A stretch of DNA of 63,873 nt, the filler included, from Psammoneis japonica (taxonomy: Eukaryota): NCBI GenBank assembly GCA_008632985.1. It is 4 parts of 3 records of this genome, joined end to end, with 100 filler letters (N's around TTAATTAATTAA, not from the genome) between each part and the next. Parts side by side here need not be neighbours in the genome. Positions count along the whole stretch, not along the records: positions 10,366 to 37,359 come from QPGO01000231.1; 3 more parts are not named here. One strand, written 5' to 3'. This document shows, piece after piece, positions 13,301 through 22,800 of the stretch (the stretch's first letter is position 1; every line of letters begins with the position of its first letter). The translations under genes and the position numbers were made by a program. Below the pieces are notes generated by a model. It made no database searches. It saw nothing but the letters and a program-made list of their open reading frames with translations, and had not been told where the DNA came from.

Positions 13301-13696
13301 CGTGAAAGATCCTTTCAAACTCCCATCAACTACATTGTCATCTACTTCTTGACGTGAAACTTTTGCTGCTCTGTTGACAGCTCGAGTTTCTGCAGCCCTC
13401 TTTGCTCGACGGCTCCTAGCAGCATCTTTGCCACTCTCGACACGAGCTTTGTCCTTTTCAGACGCTTTCTTCGACGCTTTCATCATTCTGGCCAATGTGC
13501 TCTCTGCCAATCTCTTGTTCTTTCTTATGGCTTCATTCTTTGCAGAATATGGGTTGTGTACAGGACAATGTGAGCCCTGATTCATGTTGTTTGTTTCCTT
13601 GATACACTTCACAAACGTCCATACTAATGCGTTGATGTTATCAGTTGCGCCAGAAAAATGCCGATCCGTTGAATACAAATTGATTTGCAGGTTCAT
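10366..13696 (-). CDS. Mutator/IS256-like DDE transposase with embedded DEDDy 3'-5' exonuclease, 3' truncated by contig end
   Basis: Open frame of about 1110 aa: Cys/His-rich N-terminal domain (CPFH...RRYLC); SGDHFIK (D1), TTDRCC (D2), QDIEH (DxxH), RGTSALEGYH (E), RWN; WRN-like exonuclease motifs SIDTEW, ISAD, YAAID at about 11520-11930. Confidence 0.7.
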
Positions 13697-13754
13697 TGTC
13701 TTTATTTTTTATGTGTCATTCTACGCAAAAGCGACATCAAATGCTAGTCAAGAA

Positions 13755-13975
13755 TTGCATTTCTGTATTATTAGCTATTTGAAATCCCGACGTTAATCAT
13801 TTAGGTCTCTTCACTAATCATTTAGCAGTCTTTGTGCCGAAGTAGAAATTTTATTTAGGGGGCATCACTAACCATTTAGCTTACTCTGGCTCGAAGTCGT
13901 TTAACGAGATGGGTTATGGGCTTATCGTTAACCAGCCACGAGCATGAAATCTTTGCCAAAATAGCGCACTGGTGC
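13755..13975. repeat. Putative subterminal region of the MULE-like element, homologous to 38070-38330
   Basis: Shares gggttatgggcttatcgtta..cagccacga.catgaa.tctttgcc and repeated cacta.tcatttagc....cgaagt units with 38070-38330. Confidence 0.7.
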
Positions 13976-14036
13976 AGGTAGCAGGTAGACTACAAAACTC
14001 AAAAGAAACTCCTCAGCGAACATAATTCTCAACCAA

Positions 14037-14160
14037 ATGTTTCACGGCGTTTCACAGCGTTTCACAGCGTTTCAAACGAATTTTTGCGTGTATTTTGTGC
14101 GAGGTCTGACAAGCAAAAATGTCAGATTTTGTCAGACATGTCAGACTATGTCAGAAAATT
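14037..14160. repeat. Short tandem motifs: (gtttcacagc)-like x4 and (tgtcaga) x4 plus one inverted copy
   Basis: Directly visible at 14039-14074 and 14105-14156. Confidence 0.8.
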
Positions 14161-14361
14161 CAAACGCTGGGGAGAGATATGCCGGTATCACTTCTACTTG
14201 GAACCTACGTAAAAGTATCTGCAGAGCGAGCGCATCGAACACAAATAATAAAATAATACACAACGATGCCTCGCTCCTCGCTGTTTACGGCTATGTTCTT
14301 TTTATTACCGTAAAAATTGTGTTTCACGTCCCCATCCTCCTATTCAAATAACTAGGCCCTA

Positions 14362-15057
14362 ATGCCTCCCTTTCCTGCGAATTCCAAGAAGCGCTCCGGT
14401 GACGCCGTTACCGGTAATCAAAATTTCAAAATGCCCCGTCGTAGTGGCCGCGCCTCGAACAAGCCTGACTTTGTCGAAGTGTGTAAGAACGAGTGTTTTG
14501 GTCTTTGGCAACCGGGATACGTGAAGAGGAACGCAAAGGAAGAGTTGGATATCGAAAAAGAGCAAAAAGGAACCAACATCTGGTTAGGGGATCTACAGCC
14601 GGCAGGTTGGAAGTGGCAGAGGCGAGGTGATGGCTATGTTTATCGTGCCCCAGGTGTTACCAAAAAAGATGAAGTTGTAAACGTCAACATGTTCACCTCC
14701 TACAAAGATATGTATGAGCAGTTTGAAAGAGATGGACACACAGTGAAGCGCATTCTTGAACGGAGTGGCAGGAATCCAAATTCAAAAGTCGATAGGGCAT
14801 CAGCCGTCGAGGAAAAGCATACTAACCTTACCTCCGCTAAGTTACCGAAAGTCACTCCGGTTCAGCGTTCCATCAAACAGCGGCTTGATCGTATTGAGAA
14901 AGAATCAGGGCTCTCTGTTTCCAAAGAAAGTTTACTCTTTGAACGCATCGAATATTTTGAGAAACAGCTTGGATTGGTTCCCACGCCCGACTCTTCGATA
15001 GTGGATCGCGTTGTCGTGTTGGAGGAGACAATGGGTTTGTCTTCTCTAAAGGCTTAA
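14362..15057 (+). CDS. Hypothetical protein, 231 aa
   Basis: ATG-initiated ORF with normal composition; GWKW..GYVYRAPG segment; three C-terminal R-h-x-x-h-E-x-x-x-G-L repeats. Confidence 0.65.
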   Translation: MPPFPANSKKRSGDAVTGNQNFKMPRRSGRASNKPDFVEVCKNECFGLWQPGYVKRNAKEELDIEKEQKGTNIWLGDLQPAGWKWQRRGDGYVYRAPGVTKKDEVVNVNMFTSYKDMYEQFERDGHTVKRILERSGRNPNSKVDRASAVEEKHTNLTSAKLPKVTPVQRSIKQRLDRIEKESGLSVSKESLLFERIEYFEKQLGLVPTPDSSIVDRVVVLEETMGLSSLKA

Positions 15058-15372
15058 AACCTACTGCTAGGTACCCTTCAGTGTTGTGACAGTGTGAGGT
15101 GTCATCCATACATACGGTGTCTTCAGAATATATAAAGTCAGATATGTTCTAGCTAAGGCAGAGTTTGCATGTGCTTGACCACGCCTCGAAAGATCAAGTC
15201 AATTTGATCTTCATTGTTCGACCTTGCTTTTTAGACAAGCTGGGTCCTTTGGTATTTCATCTTCTTAACATTCTTAAAATGTCATGATATGTTTCAACGC
15301 ACTCGAAGGTAGTCGTTCTCCGCGAAAGTCCTCCTGAAACTGTCGGCGTTGCACCGTTTTCTTTAGGGTCCT

Positions 15373-16863
15373 TCATGCATTTTGAATCGCAACTTGTGCA
15401 GATGGATCATCAGGAAATGCAGATGAAGACCCCGCCTCCGACAGGCTATTGGACGATGTTTCTGTGGGTGGTGACGTGACCATCGACAGCATTCGTTTCC
15501 AAAAACGAGAGGCTTCGCCGCTCTCCGAGGACGACCTTCTCTGCCCGCGTGCTCGTCTCCTTTTCTTTCTGTAGTTTCGAACATGCGGACGAACATACAC
15601 CAGAAAGTTGTTGAAACCCTGTAGCGGAGCAACAAAAGACATGATCGCTGCGACCGCATAACTTTCCCAATCTAACGAACCCAGGTAGACGGCAAATTGT
15701 ATCGGCCAGGTGATGTAAAACGCCACGACATACCAGAGGCATTGCCAGAACACTTCTCGCTCTAACGTTCCGCTGCGACCCACACCGAAAAGCCAACGTC
15801 TCGTCGCTCGAGCTTGACCCCGGACCGTGCAATACACAAACACCATATTCACCGTGATTGTTATAATGGAAAGTGAAATCGGTAGAACGAAAAAAACAAA
15901 CGACACCCAGAATTTGCCATCTGGGTATGGTCGGAAGTGACACCCATATTCGACCCAATCGTATTGAGAAAGAGCTCCTAACGCCAAGCCAATGCCGACA
16001 CAAAGCGGTATTCCGTGTAGGACTATCCTGATTCTTTTTAGGTCGTGTTCGCTCCAACGACGGCAAATCACAAGGATATAGTATGCCGATAGAGATACAT
16101 TGTAGAATACTGATGTAAGTCCCAGTTGTACAAAAAACGCTTGAGCCTTGCAAGTTGCTTCGCTTCCGCTGACACCATAGATATGATCGCCTCCATCGCC
16201 CTTCGGAATGGGCGCCGTGGCAAAACTCCAGGCAACAGCTGTGGACAAATCAAAACATGCCATGAATCCAAGTATTTCATGATACGTGCTTTGGCGGTTC
16301 TTTTTCGAAGAAAGCACATGAAAAATAATGTACGATGCCCCGAAAAAAGAAAGGATTGCAGCCGAGCGGGAAAGCCATATGAGTGCTCGCTTCTTTGCAG
16401 TTGTGTCTGCGCCCAAATATGATTCGCCAAAGCAACCTAAATAATCAGGACAGTTCGACAAGGCTTGCTCAGCACGGTAGCATAAGTCAATTGTAGCTGG
16501 CCATTCGTCTCTCAAGAACAACTCCTCAAGCTCGGCGCACGTCTTTGTGACATTGACACTTGCATCCGGTGTGTCAGGCGGGCTACACTGCGAGAAAAAG
16601 CAAAATTCATCCGTCACATTCTCAGCGCACCAGAAGCACTTATGGTAGACTTGCTGTGCTTCTCTACACAGATCAGAGTCTTCTTCAATCTCATCAGAAA
16701 ACAAATCTTCCAAAACAGCGTATTCTATCTCTGCACAGACGGACTGAACATCGATGGAGGCATTGATTTGAGGCAAAGTATCGCAGGTAGGCTCCTGGCA
16801 TTCACCCCGTGCTGCTGTAAAAGCCCCAACGAACAGGAGCTCGAGCAAAGAAGTGAGCTTCAT
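15373..16863 (-). CDS. GPCR-like 7TM receptor (cAMP-receptor/Git3-like) with signal peptide and Cys-rich ectodomain
   Basis: 496 aa; hydrophobic N-terminal signal; two Cys-rich repeats; seven hydrophobic helices with CKAQAFFVQLG, YNVSLSAYY, PLQGFNNFLVYVRP. Confidence 0.88.
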   Translation of the reverse strand: MKLTSLLELLFVGAFTAARGECQEPTCDTLPQINASIDVQSVCAEIEYAVLEDLFSDEIEEDSDLCREAQQVYHKCFWCAENVTDEFCFFSQCSPPDTPDASVNVTKTCAELEELFLRDEWPATIDLCYRAEQALSNCPDYLGCFGESYLGADTTAKKRALIWLSRSAAILSFFGASYIIFHVLSSKKNRQSTYHEILGFMACFDLSTAVAWSFATAPIPKGDGGDHIYGVSGSEATCKAQAFFVQLGLTSVFYNVSLSAYYILVICRRWSEHDLKRIRIVLHGIPLCVGIGLALGALSQYDWVEYGCHFRPYPDGKFWVSFVFFVLPISLSIITITVNMVFVYCTVRGQARATRRWLFGVGRSGTLEREVFWQCLWYVVAFYITWPIQFAVYLGSLDWESYAVAAIMSFVAPLQGFNNFLVYVRPHVRNYRKKRRRARGQRRSSSESGEASRFWKRMLSMVTSPPTETSSNSLSEAGSSSAFPDDPSAQVAIQNA

Positions 16864-17450
16864 CTCTCTTTAGACACACTCCCTCGATCTCTCTATACCT
16901 CAATCGAGCTCTTGAGCGATACGATCGCTGAAAGCGATTTCTCGTGGTGAAGACGCAACGTCCTTTGTCGTCTTTAGTTTGCAATCAATCAGAATTGTTT
17001 GTTGCTCCTTTAGATGGATCTATCGCTCGATCATTCTCCCTACTTACCCCCAGAAGAAGTTGAGATGCAAGTGAACGACGTGGCGTGGATGCTGTCAAGG
17101 CATGAGGGAAGGTAATAAGGGGCGGAAGATAAGAAGAACGAAAATGAAAGCAGGATGAAACTAAAAAAGCCCGCCACCCCCCACCAGCGCGACCATACCA
17201 CAGCCTACCGGTACCCCACAACGTCATTATGACCGTGTTATGACGTACAAGTGCACATGTTCCATCAGGTATGTAGAATCATTATGGATACAACTGTATG
17301 TAGAATGATGTATCGAAATCACGAGAACGTGCCACACGCATGACTCAAAGCAGAGTGCTGGATTATTTCTGACTCACTCATGACTGAATTGACCACAAAA
17401 AATCTCTCACCACTCACCACAATCCACACTATCGACACAAAAGAAAAGCC

Positions 17451-18476
17451 ATGACGAATCAAAGAAAGTTCCCGCCCCCTAAGCCCCTTCCAAAGATCGA
17501 ACCCTACGGACCCAATGCGATTGAAGTGAAAAACTTGACGTTTTCGTATGATGTATCTCAATCTCAAAAAGGTGAAACGATTTTGGACGACTTGAACCTT
17601 GATCTTCCGACAGGATCTCGTTGTTTATTGATTGGAGCAAACGGTAGTGGCAAGTCGACTCTTTTGCGCATTCTCAGTGGTCGACACTTGTTTCCTCCAA
17701 CCAGCGACGTTCGCGTCTTGGGATTGAACGCGTTTCGTGACACAAAGCTCAATTTCCACCGTGCCTACTTGGATTGTGATTGGGGTATGCGCACTGTTGC
17801 TTTTGCCGGCGCAGCCGTTCCGTTGCAGGCCGATATTGCTGTTTGCGAAATGATGCAGCGCCTCCAAGAGTCCTATCCGGAACGCCGAGACGAGTTGGTG
17901 GAAATGCTTGGAATAGACTTGCATTGGCGCATGCACCAACTGAGCGATGGACAAAGGCGGCGTGTTCAGCTGCTGCTTGGCTTGATTCGCCCCTTTAAAA
18001 TCCTTCTTTTGGATGAAGTTACAACAAGCCTGGATGTCTGCGTTCGACAGGATTTGTTGCGTTGGCTCGTTCGTGAGTCGGATGTTCGAGGAGCCACGAT
18101 TTTGTATGCCACGCATATCTTTGATGGTCTTGATGACTGGGCTACCGATTTGTTTTTCTTGACATCAGAAGGTCGTTGTGGCTGGAACGGCAAGATGAAA
18201 GACTTGAAGCTTTACCAGGAGCTTGTGGAGAAGAAACACCCTGCTAAAATGTTGGCCATTGCCGAAGCGTGGCTGCGTAAAGAGATGGAGGCCAACAGAG
18301 AGAAACATCGCTTGGAGAAGGCACAAGGTGCTCTTGCGCACGAGCTTGACCCAACCGACCATCACGGTGGATATGGTTCAGGACGAAACCTGCCAATCGA
18401 GCAGCCACAGGAGCAAAGGCGGGGCCGTCTCAGTGACATTATGGGAAACAAGGGAGTACTGGATAAGCACAGATAG
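17451..18476 (+). CDS. CAF16: Soluble ABC ATPase, CAF16 / ABCI19-21-like
   Basis: Walker A GANGSGKST, signature LSDGQRRRVQ, Walker B LLLDE, YATHIFDGL H-loop; no TM domain. Confidence 0.9.
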   Translation: MTNQRKFPPPKPLPKIEPYGPNAIEVKNLTFSYDVSQSQKGETILDDLNLDLPTGSRCLLIGANGSGKSTLLRILSGRHLFPPTSDVRVLGLNAFRDTKLNFHRAYLDCDWGMRTVAFAGAAVPLQADIAVCEMMQRLQESYPERRDELVEMLGIDLHWRMHQLSDGQRRRVQLLLGLIRPFKILLLDEVTTSLDVCVRQDLLRWLVRESDVRGATILYATHIFDGLDDWATDLFFLTSEGRCGWNGKMKDLKLYQELVEKKHPAKMLAIAEAWLRKEMEANREKHRLEKAQGALAHELDPTDHHGGYGSGRNLPIEQPQEQRRGRLSDIMGNKGVLDKHR

Positions 18477-18653
18477 GCTCTCATGATTTCTAAAGCGTCG
18501 GACGGCATTGATGCTTATCATGAACCCGGACAATCACAATCCTACGACGAAAAAACAATGCTAGTTTAAAGACGGTTGCTTTTCAATGAACCCAGGGCGG
18601 ACATTTGTCAGATCTGCTCTCTACTAGCCGCTTCAAGCTATTGTACTACTAGG

Positions 18654-18728
18654 ATCCTGTATGATGTCATCTCGTGTCCACATGTGCAATCACATCACGA
18701 AACGCGAAATTCATTCTCATATCAGAAC
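18654..18728 (-). promoter_or_regulatory. Putative eukaryotic SECIS element in the 3' UTR of the DCC1 gene
   Basis: Hand fold: helix I GUUCUG-A-UAUGA / UCAUA-CAGGAU; core AUGAA (18714-18710) / UGAC (18669-18666); helix II UUUCGCGUUU / GGACACGAGA (9 of 10 pairs); apical mini-stem UGUG-AUUG-CACA. The canonical apical AA is missing. Confidence 0.6.
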
Positions 18729-18752
18729 TTTACTCAAAAGCCGCGAAGCAGA

Positions 18753-19358
18753 CTACTCCGTTCTTGTTCGAAAGCCCCAACTAGGGTCCACTGGGTCCTG
18801 CACACCAACGATGCGGTCCTTGTACTTGTCAAGTTCGGTGTCCCCAATTCCAGTTAATTTTTTTACGTTTCTCCATATTTTGCCTCTATTCTGGGCAAAT
18901 GCGCGATAGCAAAAGTCTCGAATAAATGTTGGAACGAGCAGTAGCGCAGCAGGACCCAGCAAGGAATACGGAAATCCCATAAAGGGGAACATACGGAGGA
19001 CGGAATCAGAATTTGAGTGGGCGCCTTTCTCATCAATCAACACCGCGGTCGACAAGTCAGCAGGCATGTCATATGCCTTGCAGACATCCTGCGCAAAGTC
19101 GGTTTGAATAGGACTAAATCGAAGATGATCAGAAGTGTCCCTGTCGGAGACAAACGCCACACAGTACTTTCACACACCGCATCCTCCATCATAAAAGAAG
19201 ATCGCTCTCGGTCGCTGCTTTTTGTCGAAGCCTAGAATGTCGACAATGTCCTCTGAGGCTTTCATTGCTATATTCCTTTTGTTGGCGAATAGAAGTGACC
19301 TTGGCGCGGCGTTAAGTAGGAATGGACCCGATACGAAGGCCGCTTTTACGCTTCTCAT
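18753..19358 (-). CDS. DCC1: DCC1-like (DUF393) thiol-disulfide oxidoreductase, probable selenoprotein (DGGCGVU), 201 aa
   Basis: ORFs 19170-19358 and 18753-19160 are one frame separated by TGA (19172-19170) at the second Cys of DGxCxxC; downstream LRFSPIQ and RDFCYRAFAQNR are DCC motifs; N-terminus resembles a transit peptide. Confidence 0.82.
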
Positions 19359-19619
19359 GGTGACAATCTTCTCATCAGCTTCAATCTGCCTCTCGGCGCC
19401 TCTCGCTTCTTCTCACTTATCACTTATCACTTCTCATGAAGTTGTCAGTCCCGCCTGCGCGAAACATTCGTGATTCACCGATGAATTGTGACAACGGTGC
19501 ACCGCGGAAAAAGATTGCCGCCAAAGCGACGATGACACATTAAAACGTAAACAACTTGTGCTCTAGCCAGCACATTTGCTGCATGTAACTGGTTCTTTGG
19601 CTTTACATGTATGCCAATA

Positions 19620-22600
19620 AACAGGTTTGTGCATTGCATGCAGTGGATTTCATAAAATGGCACCAAAACAATGCACCATTCACCAAGCACTCTTCAACGA
19701 CGTGACAACCAGGTGCAACACATCGTCTCTCATCAGGCATTGGGCAAGTGCTGATGCTTGGCTGACTGAACTGCAGATCATGGGCATGAGCAAAGATGTC
19801 ATGGTGAAACAAATGAACAGTTGAAGAAACATTCCAAACACAGCCCTCACCTGCTGAAACAAGATGCAAGATGCAACACATGGAGCCGAAGTTCATCACA
19901 TTGCCAGTGCCACCAAAAGCACCAAGATTTTAAAAAAATTGACCTTGTCTCCAATGCTCATCACCTCTTCTGTTTTGTGTCCCTGTGCATCTCATTGGCC
20001 AAATTGACATGTCCTTCAGATTCTGCTCATTTTTTCTCTGAAGCATCCAAAATTCCCAGCAAGAGGGAAATTTGGCATGCAGCGGTGGTGACCTTGCAAG
20101 GCAACAAAAGCCACAAGGCTTCATGGAAAAGCTTTTGAAAAATTGTGGACCAACATGTGAATCTTCTGAAGATTGCTGTCATGGGAGACAAAAGCAAGTG
20201 GCAAGAGCTTGCTCCTTTCATCAATCATTTGGAGATTGAGGCAACTGCCTGGTGGCTCTGTGATGTCTAAAACAGCACTGCACACTTGACACCAAAGAAG
20301 AAGAGCAATCACAATGTGGGGGGGGGGGGGCAGCATCAACGAGGACAGATTCTTGGCAACAACAGTGTTTGTTGCAACAAAACTTGAAATTGTGTGGCAA
20401 GCAAGATGATGGCCACTTGTTGTTGCATCAGGCATCATTCATCAATGTGCAAAAACTGTGCTAGAGAATCTCACAGAAAATCCAATGAGCCCAACTCATC
20501 ATTTTTGACTTCACAAAATGTTTGCATGCTCTTTCATTTGGCTGCTCACAGAGTGTTTGGCTCCATCCTGGTGGAAACATCAGAGGCCAAAACTGATGTT
20601 GGGTTTGTTCACAATGAACATTGTCTTTTTTGGAGCCATTCTCCACAATGGAATTCAGCGTTGCTTCCACAGAGCCCACTCCCCTCACCACTGATGGGCG
20701 AAACATTCAGTGCACTTTCCCCATGTTGCACATTGGCAGACATGCATTGTGGGCTTGTTGACCAGCACAATGAAGCACCAAGCAAAGTGAGATGTCTTTG
20801 GCATTGACAGGGCCACAAGCTCTTAGACTGCTGTGCAGTGATTCATCTTGTTTCAATGTGCCAAGAGAAAGCCATTTGTGTGGTGACAGGGGCTTCCGCT
20901 GCAAACCCCTCAGCTGCAATGTCCAGCTTGCACAGTGATGCATTTAGCCTGTCCCTGCTCCACAAAGCAAGGGCAATGCTGGGATGGTTTCTCAGTGCAT
21001 TTTCTTGCCAACGAGTTGAACAATGTGTCATTTTTCTTTTGAAAACCAGTGTGTTGGTCAAACAAACAGGCTGCTCCATTTGGCTCATTTGACCCCATTG
21101 CAATGAGGAAGCCTTTGAATGATGGAGTTTCTGGCTTTGCTGGCATGAGCTGCACACCTGCTTTTGAGAGACTTGGCATTGACTTGTCAAAGCCTCCTAA
21201 ATCAAATTCTCCATTGGCTCCCACATGTGTCTTGTGGGGTGCAAACAGCAACAAGAACAACCCCAAAAGACAGCGTGCAACCATGTCTCATTGTCTTGTG
21301 CAAAAAACCAGAAAAGGTGCATCACCCCATCAACCATCAATGCCTGCCATGCGTGGAGCAGCTGCATCAAGAAAGACCACCCAATTTCATTTGTGATGGC
21401 AACACTGGGATGTGCAATCCTTGCAACTCAAATGGGGCAAGCAGACTTGACAAGGCTTTGGTCATGGGTGGGAGGAGTGAAGATCAACACTGTGAGCACA
21501 AGCCAATGCATTCTTCTTGAAGCAGTGTCCCCCAAATTACCAAGATGTTTGACAAGCTCAAAACAGCAGAAAACAGCAGCCACAATGAAGCCACTGCATT
21601 GTTCTTGAGTGGCACCTGAAGGCATTCTGCATGTGTGGCAAGAGATGGGGGCAGAATGTCTTGACAAAAGAAGTGTGCAATGTGCCATTCCAATGGAAGT
21701 GGTGACTCTTCATTTCTTGCAGCCAGGTTGTGCAGTTGCTGCAAAAACACACTCAAAAACCATGAAAGTGTGAGCAATGCAAAAGTGTCACACCAGACAT
21801 TTTGGCCAATGCACAGTGCCTTGTTTTGGCTTTTTCATCAGACACTTCTTGTCATGTGACTGTGATGCATGGCTTGCACCTCCATGTTCTTGCAAGAATG
21901 GCAGTGCACACAAGTGATGTTCCTTGCTCAATGTCAACACCATGGTCCACAATGCTTGCAACATTTTGTCTGGAGACTCATTGCATTCATTTGGAAAGCA
22001 AAAAGAATGAATGTGCTTTGGGAGCTCCGGCCCACATCATCTTGACTCTTGGGGCAGCAATCCAAGACATTGGGAGCAAGTGTCACAGCGGTGACTTTTC
22101 TTCTTTTTCTTTCTTGACATGTTGCCATTGGCATCTGGCTCCATGGTGCAAAAGAAAGCCCAGTTTGGTTTGTCCAATCTGTTGTTGGGCACTGAGGATT
22201 TGGACAAAGAGGAGTCATTCAAAGCAAGTGACAAGGTTGGTTGTGCTTGCAGCTGGTTGTGATTGACCTCTGGCAATGCCAACACAGATGCGCACACTGA
22301 ATCCACAAGAAATGCATGCTGCCACTGCCACTGTGGGCAATTGCACTTGGGAGCATTGGCGGGAGTTGTGGGATTCCCATGACTGTGCTGCACATGGCCA
22401 TGATTCTGAAATGAGGAAGTCTTTGCAGCATCATGATGCAGAGGTGGAAGTGAAAGCTTTTCATTCACAAATGGATGACTGCCTGGCAAAGGACAGAGTG
22501 CATCTCATGGATTTGGTTGAAGAACACAGCAACCACTCTGCTCACTGTCTTTGCAGTTGGTTGGCCATGGTCAAACCCATGTTCAAGTCTGGCATCAAAG

Positions 22601-22800
22601 AAGCCAAATGTTTGGCTGCCAGATGCACAAGGACAATTGCAAGTTGTTTCAGTGCACTGCCCACTGGTGATGCCAAATCTGGCAAGTTGTCTCTCATGCT
22701 CCTGCTGCACTGTTTGTGTGCTGGGGGTGTGGGTCAGCTTGTTGTCAGAGTTGTGGGGTGGAAGCACAGCAGCACTTAAAAACCAGACTTTTGGTGTTTT
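19620..22800 (+). mobile_element. Heavily mutated Ambal-like LINE relic (post-RT region, RNase H, zinc knuckle, C-terminal domain)
   Basis: Decayed motifs: LQIMGMSK, NAHHLF..VSL, LCSDSS and MSSLHSDA (RNase H SDGS and SSxRSE), CSCC..NH knuckle, WRELWDSH..AHGHD...SWL; TA and CG depleted. Confidence 0.5.

Noticed and set aside
18485..18525. Alternative SECIS candidate (AUGAU AAGCAUC AA...) on the minus strand
   Set aside because: Only about 7 nt between core and AA, too short for helix II; the 18654-18728 fold is better.
19170..19172. DCC1 TGA as a simple nonsense mutation
   Set aside because: Not excluded, but disfavoured: it is the only lesion, sits on the redox Cys column and has a SECIS-like hairpin downstream.
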